A stretch of DNA of 64,000 nt from Blepharisma stoltei ATCC 30299 (GCA_965603825.1 CBFDEM010000032.1:62001-126000); one strand, 5' to 3'. Positions 13,708 to 26,262 are shown, counted from the first letter of the stretch. Notes: generated by a model not told the origin, from the sequence alone. Numbers and translations: made by a program.

Positions 13708-14355
13708 TTAACTTAAAAAAGTTTTCTTAGTTGTAAAGTAGCAATATATAAATAGAAGCAGATTAAGGCCGATAATTGTAAAGCCTAAGAGAAGTCCTCC
13801 TTTCATTTCAAAATCTTTAGTCCCAAATCTTTTACCATTGGTTTCTTCTAAATCGCTGAATTTCGCAACTCCAAAGTATATTGAGAATCCCAGAATATAA
13901 AGAAATGAAGGAAGAAAGGAGAGGGGCGATATAATTTTCAGCTTGAAGTTAGAACGGTATAGCTTTAAAATGTGGAAAAATATGCAAATTGCATTAAAAA
14001 GCATCGCTAATGTCCCAAAGAGAATCATTACTGCTCCGCCATTGTCAAATCCATCAATATGACTACAAAAGCCTGGACAATTTGTATTGACAAGATGCTT
14101 TAGAGACCCGCAGCTATCACTTTTTACGTCACCAATTGAGCCTTCGTTTTCAAACGAGTCAAATCTTGTGTTTGGTTCTGCAAAAACTAGCCCAAAGGTC
14201 CATCAGCAGTATTGGTATCATTCAGATAAAGCTAAGTCAACTAGAGTAGCCACAATACTAATAAAGGAAAAGACAGAGTAAACAATATAATGATACTTTG
14301 ACAGTGGTTTTGGCTCTTTTGGCTGTGAAACTTCAATGTATAATGACTCGATCAT
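13708..14355 (-). CDS. Four-TM claudin/PMP22-like membrane protein (215 aa)
   Basis: ATG 14355. TGA=W at 14220 and 14205 (SE-W-YQYC-W-WTFGL). Cys-containing first loop, then three hydrophobic segments. TAA at 13708. Confidence 0.7.
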
Positions 14356-14517
14356 TTATAAATAAATTTAATTCTCTTTCTATAGGAAATTTTGGGGATA
14401 AAAAGTTCGTGGGATTAGGATAAAAAGTCTTGAAATAGGCTGAAAATTAGAAAAGCTAAGGCACAAAAAATGCATAGGAAATGGACAGCTGCCGTTTTAT
14501 TCATTAAATATATTAAT

Positions 14518-15363
14518 ATGAGCCACGAAGGTTATCGAGGAGAAAGTGGGACGCATCAGTCATTAAGAGACAATTCAGACGACCTGGACGAAAAAAATAA
14601 ATATGAGCGGCCTCGCATCTTCGTAGACAGCAATAGCAATAGTATCCATGTCCAAGAGGTCCAAGTTGATTTTGACGAACAAGATAATAACTTCGAAAAG
14701 CCAAGAAAAGCAGAAATAAACCCTAATTTCGAACTTAATCGAGTTCCTTTGTACTGCTGGTGGTACCTTATATTATTTTTATTATTTGCTGCTTTATGCA
14801 TCATATTGGGATGTATGGGAACTCCAAGGTGGGTTTCTCAAGGGAAAGATGACACTAAATGGATGGGAGGAATGCTTAGATGTGGAGGATGTAGTGGTTC
14901 TTGGGAGGATGAGCTATATATGGACATTGCGACTGAGAGCTGCGACGATAATGATTACTCCGGCTTCTGCTCTACATTTAAAGATCTTAGAGATGGTGGC
15001 ACTGCATATGCGATACTTGAAGCTGTTTGCTTAGCTGTAATGGTCATATGGATTTACAAAGTCATAATGCTGATAAGAGGCTTGCGTTTTCTATCTGATA
15101 TAGTCTCAATACTGATAGCAGCCTTCGCAGTAGTTTTACATGCCGCAGCAATTGGAATATGATATGGCCTAACTGGTGCGAAATATGGCAGCTGTGACGA
15201 CGTATCAAGTATTTCTGATAGTTATGACGTTTGCGCAAACCACGGACCGATCCTCAGCATTGTTGTTGGTTGTCTTCTATTTATAGTATTCTTGATATTT
15301 ATCTCCATTTTAAAGAAGAGATTTAAAGCCAGAGAAGTCAAAAAAGAAGTCGAACTTAGCTAA
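14518..15363 (+). CDS. Four-TM claudin/PMP22-like membrane protein (281 aa)
   Basis: TM1-TPRW...WMGGMLRC...C-x7-FC loop. TGA=W at 15160 continues to a fourth TM and TAA at 15361. Confidence 0.75.
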
Positions 15364-15404
15364 TAAATGACATAGATTTTATTTAATTCACATATATAAA
15401 GAAA

Positions 15405-16460
15405 ATGGATATATGACGATTTTGTTTGGTTTCATTTTCTATTTCCATGATATCAGCTGCAGAATTTTTCCCTGAATTTTTGGGAAATCCAAACTGTCCT
15501 GCCTACACATGCAAGACTAGCAGCCAGCAGTTTTTGAATACCACATGCATATTTTTTACCCCAACAGCCTCGACTCCTACATATTTTGTAAATCCATGCA
15601 CATCTTTGAAGCTGCCTTACTGTCAGCCTTCAACTGAAAGCAATTCTACATGTGGCGCTGCAAATCCTACCCCACCAGTTAATGCTTGGCCTGGAGAAAA
15701 ATGCTCAACGTCAGCTGACTGCAGTTCATATGCAAATCAAGGGTGCGTTAAAAATGTATGTATGGGAGCAAGCCAAGGCGACGAATGCAAGGTAAATGAT
15801 GACTGCAACCCTGGATATCGGTGCTTAGGAGGAATTTGCCAAATACAGATCCCTGTAGGAGGCACAGGATGCACTAATGATTATGACTGTGTGAATGGTG
15901 CAGGATGCAATATTGCTAAAACTTCTTCAGAAAGTATATGCTACCCTTATTATTCAATTGCGCAACACTTGCCGGTTAATTCTTGCTCGTCAAGTAATCA
16001 GTCTATGCTGTGTAATTCAGGGCTGTGTATGGCAAATAATGAAGGATTTGAGTGTATGGCGCCTGTACAGTCAAGCAAATTGCCAGCAGCATGCCAATTA
16101 GATAGTGATTGTCAGTCAACAAGAGATGATTATTTTCCTAATGGATATTTAACTGGGACTTGCTATTGTGGGTATAATCCTAATTCAGCGAGTTATTGCT
16201 CACTTTTTGCAGGGGATAAACCAATGCTGCAGATGATGAGCTATCTTAAATCGTGGGTGCAGTCTAAATTTATCCTTAAATGCAACACAATGAGGAGATT
16301 TACTCCTGCCTGTATAAGTAATTGGTGGAATACTAAGGATTACAACTATTACATGTATTACTATCTGTCAGCTTATTATTATCCTTTAATTACCAATGGA
16401 GAATCATGTGTCCAGCAAGTATATTTACCTCAGTGGTGGGCTGCAAAGAATGCAATTTAG
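15405..16460 (+). CDS. Secreted cysteine-rich protein (351 aa)
   Basis: ATG 15405 MDI-W(TGA 15414)-RFCLVSFSISMISA forms a signal peptide. Repeated C-x4-DC-x4-C modules follow. Confidence 0.8.
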
Positions 16461-16586
16461 TTAATTAACTATTTTATACTCACTATATAATATAAATGAG
16501 AAAAATAAAAATTATATACCGCATCATTTATTCTCTCTCATATTATTTTATACAGTCTTATCAAAACTTGTTAATAATAATAATCA

Positions 16587-17945
16587 ATGGAGTGGGATCA
16601 ATCACTTGAACAGGCTGACCCAGAGCTTTTCGATATTATCGAACATGAAAAATGCAGACAATGGGGAGGAATCGAGCTGATTGCTTCGGAAAATTTCACA
16701 TCTAGAGCCGTCATGGACTGTCTTGGATCTTGTTTAACAAACAAATATAGTGAAGGACTACCAGGGAAGAGATATTATGGAGGGAATGAATATATCGACC
16801 AAGTTGAAAGCCTCTGCCAAAGACGAGCATTGGCTGCATTCAATTTAGATGCACAAGCTTGGGGTGTAAACGTTCAGCCATACTCCGGAAGTCCTGCTAA
16901 TTTTGAAGTATACACAGCTCTTCTTAATCCTCACGACAGAATTATGGGTCTTGCTTTACCTTCTGGAGGACATCTGACACATGGGTACTACACTGCTAAA
17001 AAGAAGCTATCAGCCAGTTCAATCTTCTTTGAATCTCTCCCATATCAGCTTGACATGGCAACTGGTAGGATTGATTATGATGCTCTTGAAACTCAAGCCA
17101 AGCTTTTCTTGCCAAAAATTTTAATTTGTGGAGCCAGTGCATACCCTAGGGACTATGATTATGCCAGACTAAGAAAAATTGCTACAGACATCGGGGCTTA
17201 TCTTATGGCAGACATTGCTCATTTTAGTGGGCTCGTGTCATCTAACGTCCTTTCGAATCCATTTGAGTACTGTGATGTGGTGACTACAACAACTCACAAA
17301 ACAATGAGAGGTCCCAGAAGTGCAATTATTTTTTTTAAAAAAGAACTTGAAGACCGCATCAATGGGGCTGTATTCCCAGCTCTTCAGGGTGGCCCTCACA
17401 ATAACAATATTGCAGGGGTAGCAACTCAGTTGAGAGAGCTAGCAACAGAGGAATACAAAGAGTACGCCAGACAAGTTGTGAAAAACTCTAGAGCTTTAGC
17501 AGATGAACTGATAAGCTTAGGATACACCTTAGTTTCTAATGGAACTGATAACCATTTAATGTTGTGGGATTTAAGACCTCAAGGACTCACTGGGAATAAA
17601 TTTGAAAAAGTTTGTGATGCTGTAAGAATCACGCTGAATAAAAATTCAGTCCCTGGAGATACATCAGCTTTAACCCCTGGAGGTGTCAGAGTAGGAACTC
17701 CAGCTATGACAACCAGAGGTCTTAATGAAGACAATTTCAAAACTGTTGCCCATTTCTTGCATAGAGCTATACAGATTTCATTGGAAATCCAAGAAGCGAC
17801 AGGGAAAAAACTCAATGACTTTTTAGCAGCAATTCCAGAAAATGAAAAAATCAAAGCGCTTAAGCAAGAAGTCTTTGAGTTTTCAACGCAGTTTAGAATT
17901 CCTGGTTTCAGCACGGAAAATATGAGGTATAAATCCTTAGAATAA
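16587..17945 (+). CDS. SHMT: Serine hydroxymethyltransferase (no obvious presequence)
   Basis: Motifs [30 protein letters not shown] and [12 protein letters not shown] (PLP lysine). Confidence 0.98.
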   Translation: MEWDQSLEQADPELFDIIEHEKCRQWGGIELIASENFTSRAVMDCLGSCLTNKYSEGLPGKRYYGGNEYIDQVESLCQRRALAAFNLDAQAWGVNVQPYSGSPANFEVYTALLNPHDRIMGLALPSGGHLTHGYYTAKKKLSASSIFFESLPYQLDMATGRIDYDALETQAKLFLPKILICGASAYPRDYDYARLRKIATDIGAYLMADIAHFSGLVSSNVLSNPFEYCDVVTTTTHKTMRGPRSAIIFFKKELEDRINGAVFPALQGGPHNNNIAGVATQLRELATEEYKEYARQVVKNSRALADELISLGYTLVSNGTDNHLMLWDLRPQGLTGNKFEKVCDAVRITLNKNSVPGDTSALTPGGVRVGTPAMTTRGLNEDNFKTVAHFLHRAIQISLEIQEATGKKLNDFLAAIPENEKIKALKQEVFEFSTQFRIPGFSTENMRYKSLE

Positions 17946-17996
17946 TTAATCGATAGAATCTTTAAAATATTTTTTTTAAATAATAATACAACTTAA

Positions 17997-19538
17997 ATGC
18001 AAACTGACCAAATGCACTTCTTAAAGCTATTAGAGCTGGCCTCGAAGAATAATATTGTAAGAGCTATGTAGATCACTTTATTGATCCCAAATACAATTAT
18101 CTATGGATTTGGATTTAACTCACTTACACTGATAAAAAACAATGAAAGAAGCCTAGAGTTCAAGCGGATAACAGAAGAGCAATTTAAAGAAAATCTGCAG
18201 TTTATTGGTGAAGATGACAGTGAGTTTCCATTTGCAGTTTTTAAAACGAATTTCAAGCTTAATTTAGCAATGACTAAAGAGGATGCCTTTAATATTGGAA
18301 AATCTTTTATGAAAGATAATATAAGTTTTAGCTTACAAACTTTTATAGTTTGTCCTAATACAAATGCCCAAATTGTCAGAGTCCAGTGATCAAAATGTAA
18401 TGGATTTTTTGCGAAAGTTATAAGAAATCAGTTCCCTTATACACAAAAATCAATTTCCAAAAAAGTTTTATCAAAAGCATATTTGTCTGATGATTTTCAA
18501 AATATTTTTGAAAAATATGATATTATTGAAAGTTCTTTCCTAATAGTCCAAAAGATAATCTCAAAGCCTGCGAAATTATCGCAAGGAACTATTGTATTAG
18601 CACATCAAATCAATTTTATTAAAGTTTTATTAGAAGAATCCATTCTTAATAGCACAAAACTTATAAAGATTTCAGGTGATTTTATTCAAGATGAAAATGA
18701 AAATTGGTATTTTTTAAATATTCACTCTTATGCAACTGCACCTATACTTAGAAATAACGCAACTATAAGGCCAACAACCGCAATAAGCGAGCCATTTCAT
18801 TCAAGGATGCCTAGCAGTCCAGGATGCCAAACAATCGGATACTACTCGAGCTGTGGATCTCCTAAGACTGTATGTGATAAATATCAGCGGACTTTTGATT
18901 TTAGAAGCACAAGAGACAAAATCTATACCCCAAATTCTCGAAAATGCTCTTATTCAGCTATAAAATCTCCTCTCAGACCTCTTAATTTCATAAAAAATCT
19001 CGACAACGAAGCAAGGCTTTTAGAGAAGAAACTAGAGCATGATGTAAATGATTTAATTGACAAAGACAAAATAAAGCCTCTTAAATTTATGACCTATAAA
19101 AAATGAATAAAAAGAAGAGATGATAGGCTGCCTGATCAGCCTCTTGAAAGACTATTTGCAGAAAGAATTTCTTCTAATAAAAATATCATGCAGAGAAGGT
19201 ATAATAAAGGCATTAAAAATCTGAAAAATATGGTACAGTCTATGAACAATATTGTTATGAATAACGTTTTCTCAGGGGAATATATGGCCAAGCAGGTCGC
19301 TAAGATGCTGCTTCAAAAACTTTATAAACTTCCAGGAGGAAGATTAATTTCCAATAAAAGAAAAACAAGATTTGTAGCGCATAGAGCACAGAAAGGCTTA
19401 GCAAGGCTAGCAGAGCTTTGTGCAGAAGAAGAGCTTGAAACGGTAAATACCAAGTTCGAACAGCTGCAGAAGATTGTTTTAAGGTCAAAAGAGAGGCGTA
19501 GGTTAACTGAACTTGATACAAATAATTCAAATGAATAA
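17997..19538 (+). CDS. Uncharacterised protein (508 aa), one 15-nt intron and two TGA-Trp
   Basis: ATG 17997, intron 18057-18071. TGA at 18387 and 19104 join ORFs 18081, 18483 and 19188 in one frame. Confidence 0.75.
18057..18071 (+). other. 15-nt spliceosomal intron
   Basis: GTAAGAGCTATGTAG. Splicing removes an in-frame TAG. Confidence 0.85.
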
Positions 19539-19649
19539 TAGTTTCTTAGGATTATTCAATAGTTAATTATCTCCATTTTAATTGGCTAATTTAATTTAAA
19601 AATTATCTATATTTCATATTTAAGATCCCCATAATAAATTTAATTTAAA

Positions 19650-20711
19650 ATGATTGTAGACATCCTATCAAACGGCTTCAACATTTCTTCATTTTCAAAT
19701 ATAGAAGAAATCACATTATTAGTCCCAGAAGACTTTATCATCACAGACAATATTCGCTCTGTCTTCAAGACTTCATCTAACTTTGATGAGTGTCTGGACA
19801 GCCAGAAAAGTTACTTCAGAGTCTCCAGTGAGTTCCAAAGAGGAGTTCTCATTGGTCGCGCTATCTCTCTGAAGCCAGATCTCATTATTTGTACCTCTCG
19901 CCCTGAAATTTTTAAAAAGTATCTTCCAAAGATACACTTTCAAAATTATGAAGAAATTCAAAAAAATTCAAGCAAAGACGCGGGATCTCAAGAAGAAGTC
20001 TTGAAAAGTATCGAGTCTAAGCTTAGCAGCCAGCTGAAACAGGTTGACTATAAAACACCGTTGGAAAAGCTATACCAAGAAGTCTTAAATAAATTTGTGG
20101 AAACTTTTTTCCAAGGCAATGGAATTCCAGCTGGAAAAGTGAAATCATTGAAATCCCAAATCAGAAATTTAGCTGAAGGCGCTGTTATATCAGCTCGGAA
20201 AAAGTCTCAGAACAAAGACCAAATTCCTACTTCCTTTGAAATTTCAGAAATTATATATGAGGATTTTGTTAAATATGGCATAGTCGAAGACCAAGGAGTC
20301 CAAGTCTATTATAATAGAGACGAGATTGACGCATATTTTGGAGAACAAAAATATAAAACATTTACTCCAGCTTGCAAAGCATCGCTAAATTTAGAAGATA
20401 AAGAAAATGTTGAGATCCCACCAAAGAGATTCACATTTGAAACAGTCCAGAAGTGCATTTCAGCAATTATTCCTGAATTAGATATGCAAAATCCAAAAGA
20501 GCTGGGAGAAGTCGTAAATATTATTCTGGATTTTGTGGCTTCAAACTCAAAAATTGCTGAGCCTGACCGCCAACAAGCATTTTTAGCAATTTTTAAATTT
20601 TTATATCATGCAGAAGTGATAACTTTCAAAGAGGATATTCCTTTGGATTTGATTTTGCATGACACTAAAAGCTACTTAAATATCGAAGTAGATATCAAGT
20701 GCTCTATTTAA
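19650..20711 (+). CDS. Uncharacterised protein (353 aa), possible degenerate PIN-like plus winged-helix domains
   Basis: Long ORF with AT-rich flanks. The domain guess is by eye only. Confidence 0.7.
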   Translation: MIVDILSNGFNISSFSNIEEITLLVPEDFIITDNIRSVFKTSSNFDECLDSQKSYFRVSSEFQRGVLIGRAISLKPDLIICTSRPEIFKKYLPKIHFQNYEEIQKNSSKDAGSQEEVLKSIESKLSSQLKQVDYKTPLEKLYQEVLNKFVETFFQGNGIPAGKVKSLKSQIRNLAEGAVISARKKSQNKDQIPTSFEISEIIYEDFVKYGIVEDQGVQVYYNRDEIDAYFGEQKYKTFTPACKASLNLEDKENVEIPPKRFTFETVQKCISAIIPELDMQNPKELGEVVNIILDFVASNSKIAEPDRQQAFLAIFKFLYHAEVITFKEDIPLDLILHDTKSYLNIEVDIKCSI

Positions 20712-20784
20712 CTTATTATAAAATTATTTTAATATTAAATTTCAAGCAAAAAATAATCCTCAGTCTTATGCTAGTTACAATCTA

Positions 20785-21333
20785 TTAGTAATAATAACTT
20801 GGCAAAGGTGGTCCTTGTCGTGGCGCACCATTAATAATATTGAAAGCTGAATTTCTCTTCGCGTCTATATTATAAAGTCTCATCATTGCTCTTTCTTTTG
20901 CAATGTCATCTTTTCTTCTTAAGTACTCCCCTTGGTCAGTTGGGTCATAATCTAAAGTGATTGGGTTAAAAGCTTCACTTGGGTTATTTTTTTGACCATT
21001 TTTTCACTTGGATCTTTTAGCTTCAAGTTTTTCAATTGACTCAACCTGCTCTTGGCCGATCTGTTCCCAGCGATTTACTTCTCTATTTATGGCGTTTTCT
21101 CTTCTTTTATTGTATGCGTCCATCTTTCTTTGGTTTTCCAGTTCTCTTCTGCGACGCTCTTCAGCAGCAAAATCAGTATCAAAACGTTCTTTCTCAGAAA
21201 TAAACATTGTGCTCTGAGGCTCTGGCACTAGGACGCTCTTTGCTTGATCTCTAAAAAAGGGATCTTGCGAGCGGTTAGATCTTGCCCTCTGCGGTGGAGT
21301 TTGATATATCGGTAGGCCTGATATAGGGTTCAT
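20785..21333 (-). CDS. Uncharacterised charged protein (182 aa) with NPI/NII motifs, possibly cilium-associated
   Basis: TGA=W at 21004-21006 continues KNGQKNNPSEAFNPITLDY...FNIING to TAA at 20785. Confidence 0.75.
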
Positions 21334-21476
21334 ATTTTATAAATCTGTGTAACTGATTCTGGAAAATTAATAAAATGATAATTTATTGTTGAATTTAAAA
21401 TTAAGATATAATTAAATCGCAAAATAAATCACCTTAAATTTAGCTACTTTAAAACTTATTGGATCTACTCAATAAA

Positions 21477-22073
21477 ATGGCATCAAGAGGTGAAGCAGAA
21501 ACTCAAGCCTTACGGCAAAGAGTAGAAGAGCAGCTAAGCAGACTAATAACTCAATTGCGTGATCTCGAAGAGAACAAAGAGCTTATGGACGATTCTGAGT
21601 ACTCTTCAATGAAAGAAGATACTCTCCAGCAGCTCAGAGAATTCGAGGCACAGCTGGAAAGATGGAAAAGTGGAAACATTACTTTGATTGACGATTTCAA
21701 TCGCATTCAAATCGCAATCCAACAAGCAGTCTCCCAAGCCTTCAAAACTCCTGAAGTTATTCAGATGTTTGCAGCGAGACAACCTCAACAACTTAGATCT
21801 AGACTTGAAGAAATGGAAAGGGACCGGCATCTGGGGAAAATTCAGGAGCAAGACTATCAGGCTAAAAGATTAGAAATTCTGATGGCTCTAGATAAGCTTG
21901 GAGAAACCTTAAGTCCTGAAGAAAGAGAACTTCTGGTGTCTTTTAGCTCAGCTGGAAATAGAGTGGAAGCAAACCAAGACAGAGAAGTCGACGCAAAAGG
22001 ACTTTTCCCAGCCGCAAAAGGGCTGCTGTCTCATGCTAAACATCTCATAAAAGATGATAAACTTCAATTATAA
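21477..22073 (+). CDS. LZIC: LZIC (leucine zipper and ICAT-domain protein)
   Basis: MASRGEAETQALRQRVEEQLSRL and AIQQAVSQAFKTPEVIQMFA match LZIC signatures. Confidence 0.9.
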   Translation: MASRGEAETQALRQRVEEQLSRLITQLRDLEENKELMDDSEYSSMKEDTLQQLREFEAQLERWKSGNITLIDDFNRIQIAIQQAVSQAFKTPEVIQMFAARQPQQLRSRLEEMERDRHLGKIQEQDYQAKRLEILMALDKLGETLSPEERELLVSFSSAGNRVEANQDREVDAKGLFPAAKGLLSHAKHLIKDDKLQL

Positions 22074-22119
22074 TGAGTTACTTTATGAGTAAGTCATAAT
22101 TATTTTTAAATATTCATGA

Positions 22120-22782
22120 CTATTTCGATTTGACTGATTTTAATTTTCCTTTTGTAGGAGTTAAGTGCGATATATCATTATCGACTGCAATATTTACAGT
22201 GAGGTTTTTACCACTTTTTCTGACTCGCAATACATATAAGGCAGTGTTTTTACTTATATTGGCATATACAGGAGGTTGCCCTTTCAGTTGCTTAATGACG
22301 TTTAAAAACTCCATTATTCAGCCTCCATGAGAAACGACCAAAATTTTGAGGGCTTCTTTAGACTCTTCCCTCATATGATTTCTGCATAAGTCATTAAAAA
22401 ATTCTTTAGCTCTTTCCATTACGTCAATTCAGGCTTCGCCTCCATTAGGTCTGAAAGCTCTTAAATTAACTCCTTGTTGCTTGGCTAGCTTATCAGTGGT
22501 TCCAAGGGGCTGCCCTTCTAGTTCTCCGGCTCCTTTTTCTCTTAGTCTTGGGTCTAATATCGGTGATAAATAGTTATGATGAAGAATTATTTGTGAAAGG
22601 GTTTGCTGGCATCTGTTAAGATCGCTTGAATAGATTGCATGGAATCTTACATTTTTTAGGCGGTTTCCAAGTTTTGTGGCCTGCTCAAATCCTATTGGCG
22701 TTAATTCTCCACCCTGCTGGCCTTGAAGAATTCTTTGCACATTTCCAGTAGTCTGTCCATGTCGAGTAATATATAGATCCAT
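22120..22782 (-). CDS. Histidine phosphatase, phosphoglycerate mutase/TIGAR family (220 aa)
   Basis: Motifs RHGQT, SSDLNRC, PNGGEA-W(TGA 22429) and VVSHGG-W(TGA 22318)-I. Confidence 0.9.
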
Positions 22783-23010
22783 TCTTAAATTAAAAATATG
22801 AATTTTATTTTCCCCAAATATTATAAAATTTCCATAAAATCATAAAGACTTGCCTTATTAATTAAACTTTAAAATTGATACAATAAAAGAGCTTATAATT
22901 ACTATAATTAAAATCATTAAATTTGAATGCATATGAATTGTTATTCAGCAATACATCTTTCAAATAATTAATTTACCAATACTCATTTCTACATAAGACA
23001 AAGCTATATA

Positions 23011-23979
23011 CTACTCTTGCAAAACATTAAAACTGTTAAAACCCGGCAACTCGTCTTGAGGAATTTTTCTATCAAAAGGCTTAAACTTTTCATCAAGTTC
23101 TTCATCCGGAAGTTGTATAAGTTCTAATATTGATTCAATAAATAACTTAAGCCTATTCAGATACTCTCTTCTGTGCTTAATTTCAATGTCATTATGGCCC
23201 GCGTCCTTTACCCACCATGGTGGAAACTCATGCCTTACAAAGCTTGCAAGCCTCTCTGCATGTTTTACAGGAATCTGCCTATCCTCAATTCCATGTAGGA
23301 GAAATATCGGGCACTTTATATAAGGAATTTTCGTGACATTCGAAAAAAAATCAAACCAAGGCGACGAAGAAGGCTTTTTTGAAAACATCTGTAAAGCAGA
23401 GGCAATTGGGGCATGCAAAATAACCCCTCCTACTTTATGCCTTGAAGCTAATTCACATGAAGGGACAGTTCCAATTGACTGTCCATATAGTAAAATATAT
23501 TTCCAAGGTATGCCCCTTACCTCTGTAAGGTAATTATAAGAAGCTTCAATATCTGCATATATATTTTTTTCTGAAGGTTTCCCTGTGCTTTGGCCATATC
23601 CTGTATATTCATATAATAGTACATTGACTTTAAGCTGAACAGATAAGTCAGCTATAAAATTTCTCATGATCCCTATGTCGGTTGAATTTCCATGTGAAAA
23701 AATCACAGTGAAAATTGCATGGACGTTTTTAAAGTAAACTGCTGGGATATTTTGATTTCGAGATGTACTGAGCATGACGATTTCGCTACTGACCCAGCCA
23801 ACTTCAATGGGCTTGGTTTGTACTCCATACTCATCTATAAGCAGCATATGGTAATTATCTTGTGTTTGCTCTATAATGTAACCTGGTGGGTTGGGCGGGT
23901 GGAATGCAAAACTTCGAGTGATTTTATCTCTACATCCTAAAGTGGATGTACAGCAAAAGCAGCATCTAATGAGATACAT
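23011..23979 (-). CDS. ABHD17: ABHD17-like protein depalmitoylase (alpha/beta hydrolase)
   Basis: N-terminal Cys cluster, AFHPP, FSHGN, YGQSIG nucleophile motif and AGHND. Confidence 0.9.
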   Translation of the reverse strand: MYLIRCCFCCTSTLGCRDKITRSFAFHPPNPPGYIIEQTQDNYHMLLIDEYGVQTKPIEVGWVSSEIVMLSTSRNQNIPAVYFKNVHAIFTVIFSHGNSTDIGIMRNFIADLSVQLKVNVLLYEYTGYGQSTGKPSEKNIYADIEASYNYLTEVRGIPWKYILLYGQSIGTVPSCELASRHKVGGVILHAPIASALQMFSKKPSSSPWFDFFSNVTKIPYIKCPIFLLHGIEDRQIPVKHAERLASFVRHEFPPWWVKDAGHNDIEIKHRREYLNRLKLFIESILELIQLPDEELDEKFKPFDRKIPQDELPGFNSFNVLQE

Positions 23980-24266
23980 TGTTTTTATTTATTTAAATTT
24001 AATCATTTTTATTCTGCGCAATTCTTATAACACTGCCAAAGATTTTCGTAGCTAATTATTATGAAATCTTGCTTCTCCAGACGCAATTTTAAAAATAATT
24101 CTTCAATTGAAAATTCTGATAGAAAATATTTTCAGCAGATTTTAAGGCTAAATCTTACTTTTCTTATATATAAATAGCTTGTTCTCTGCCTTATTTTAAT
24201 TCAGCAATCTCCCAGATTTAAATCAATGAGTAATCCATTTAAAAACTCATGACCTTATAAATAAAT

Positions 24267-24722
24267 ATGTACGGGTTGAATGATACAGAGTGGGAAGATT
24301 GTCAAGATTTATTCAATATGCTTGACACGAATAGGAATAAAACAATAGATATCGGAGAACTGATTAGCGGTTTTCATGAGCTTGGGCTTATTTATACAGA
24401 AGATGAAGTAAATGCTTTATTAACAGAATGCGATAAAGATCAAAGTGGAGAATTATCACTGCAGGAATTCGCTAATGTTTATAGAAAAGCGCTCAGAGCT
24501 ACTTCTATGAGTGAAGAAGAAGTCAGGTATACTTTTAAAATGCTTGACTCAAATAGAAGTGGAACATTGAGCAAAGCAGAGCTCAAAAGACATTTAGCAG
24601 ATAGCCATATTACGTTCTCTGACAGAGAAATTGATGTCCTTCTGAGAGATTTTGATGAAAATTATGATAATGAGCTTGACATTGATGAATTTTTGCACTC
24701 AGCCTTAGGATTCCAACAGTAA
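24267..24722 (+). CDS. Calmodulin-like protein with four EF-hands
   Basis: Loops DTNRNKTIDIGE, DKDQSGELSLQE, DSNRSGTLSKAE and DENYDNELDIDE. Confidence 0.9.
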   Translation: MYGLNDTEWEDCQDLFNMLDTNRNKTIDIGELISGFHELGLIYTEDEVNALLTECDKDQSGELSLQEFANVYRKALRATSMSEEEVRYTFKMLDSNRSGTLSKAELKRHLADSHITFSDREIDVLLRDFDENYDNELDIDEFLHSALGFQQ

Positions 24723-24810
24723 TTTTGGGATAAAAGTGAAGAAAAATTTAATTAAATACTAAATTTTAGAAAAACTAATTGCTTTTTATTACTTATATAT
24801 CTCTTATACA

Positions 24811-26262
24811 TTAAAATTTACTTATTATAATATCCTCAAATTCTTTGAGGTCGATTTCTCCATCTCCATTCTGATCGACAGTCTTTATAAGTTCATTCCA
24901 GACCTCACTATTAGTTGCATTCTCCCCCTGCAGCATTTCTTTCAGCTCTTGTGCTGAAATTTTCCCACTTCCGTCTCTATCAAACATTTCAAACGTAATT
25001 TTCAAATTGGCTTGAGACGCCAATTTTTGCTGATCTATAGCAGCTTTCAGGAATTCCGTATAGTCAATATACCCGTTTAGGTCTGTATCTACTTCTCGCA
25101 TAATTCGGTCTACGTCTTGTTCTGTGATTCCTCCAGGTCTTACATATCCTTTAATCAGCTCTTCTCTGCTTAGTTTTCCGTCCCCATTTTCGTCTAAAGC
25201 TCTAAAAATGTCTCTAGCTTCTTTGGTGTCATTATTATTAGTAAGCTGAGTCACTATATAAGTGTTCACTGCGTCTCTCAGCTTGTTGTTAGAGGTGTAT
25301 AGAGACAGATTTTGCAAGGTTGACTGAAGCTTGGTGTTGTCTATATTATTTATGTTGATATCTCGTATCCAAGGATGGTTAAGTGCTTCAGCTGCGCTGT
25401 ATCTGTCTTTTTCAGGGACAAGAAGATGCCTAATTAAGTCCTTTGCAAATTCAGTGACTTTATTCCAAGCTGAGCCTTTAAAGGTAAAAATTCCTGCCTT
25501 GACTTTTTGGATGATTTCTTCATCATTTGTCCCTTCAAATGGAGGGTAGCCTGCTAGCAAGATATAAGTTATAACTCCAGCACTTCACATGTCACATTTT
25601 TCTGAGTAAGGACCTATCAGAACTTCTGGAGCGATGTAATAGGCTGTTCCTAAAGACCCTTTAATTTTGCTTCCTGGGGTGAATTTAGTTGCAGTGCCAA
25701 AATCAATTAGCTTTATATTCAAAAAATCCGCATGATCGTCCAGCAAAATATTTTCTGGCTTCAAATCACGGTGAATTATATGCTTTGAATGAATATAAGC
25801 TAAGCACGAAAAAATTTGCTTCATTATACTTGCGGTTTCTTCCTCTTTGAAATGCTTTTTTTTCATGATTTCTTCAAATAGCTCCCCACCTCTGCAGTGC
25901 TCCATTACAATATAGAAATCTGTAGTGTCTTCAAAAAACTCATAAGCCCTGACGATGCTTGGGTGATCTAGAATTCTCAAGATTTCGATTTCTTTGACCA
26001 ATTTTTCTTTGTCAGCTTCACTTGTAAAAATATCTTTTTTAAAAATTTTTACAGCTCTTCTTGCACCTGTCTTTTTGTGGGTGCAAAATCTGACTTCTCC
26101 AAAAGCTCCTGAACCGAGAGAGCGGCCTAGTTTGTAAACTTTTAAGAAAGATCTTTGGTTGATCTGCACAAATGTGCTTGGCAACACTCTTAGATCTTCA
26201 ACTTTATTTACATAGGATGTTGTTTCTGGGATCGTTTTTTTCTTGCTTGGGATACAACCCAT
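24811..26262 (-). CDS. CDPK: Calcium-dependent protein kinase (483 aa), N-terminal MGC acylation motif
   Basis: GSGAFG, HRDLKPEN, DFG, APE and KCDM-W(TGA 25585)-SAGVI, followed by four EF-hands. Confidence 0.95.

Noticed and set aside
21477-22073. Beta-catenin-interacting domain as evidence of Wnt signalling
   Set aside because: LZIC is broadly distributed in eukaryotes and does not imply a Wnt pathway.
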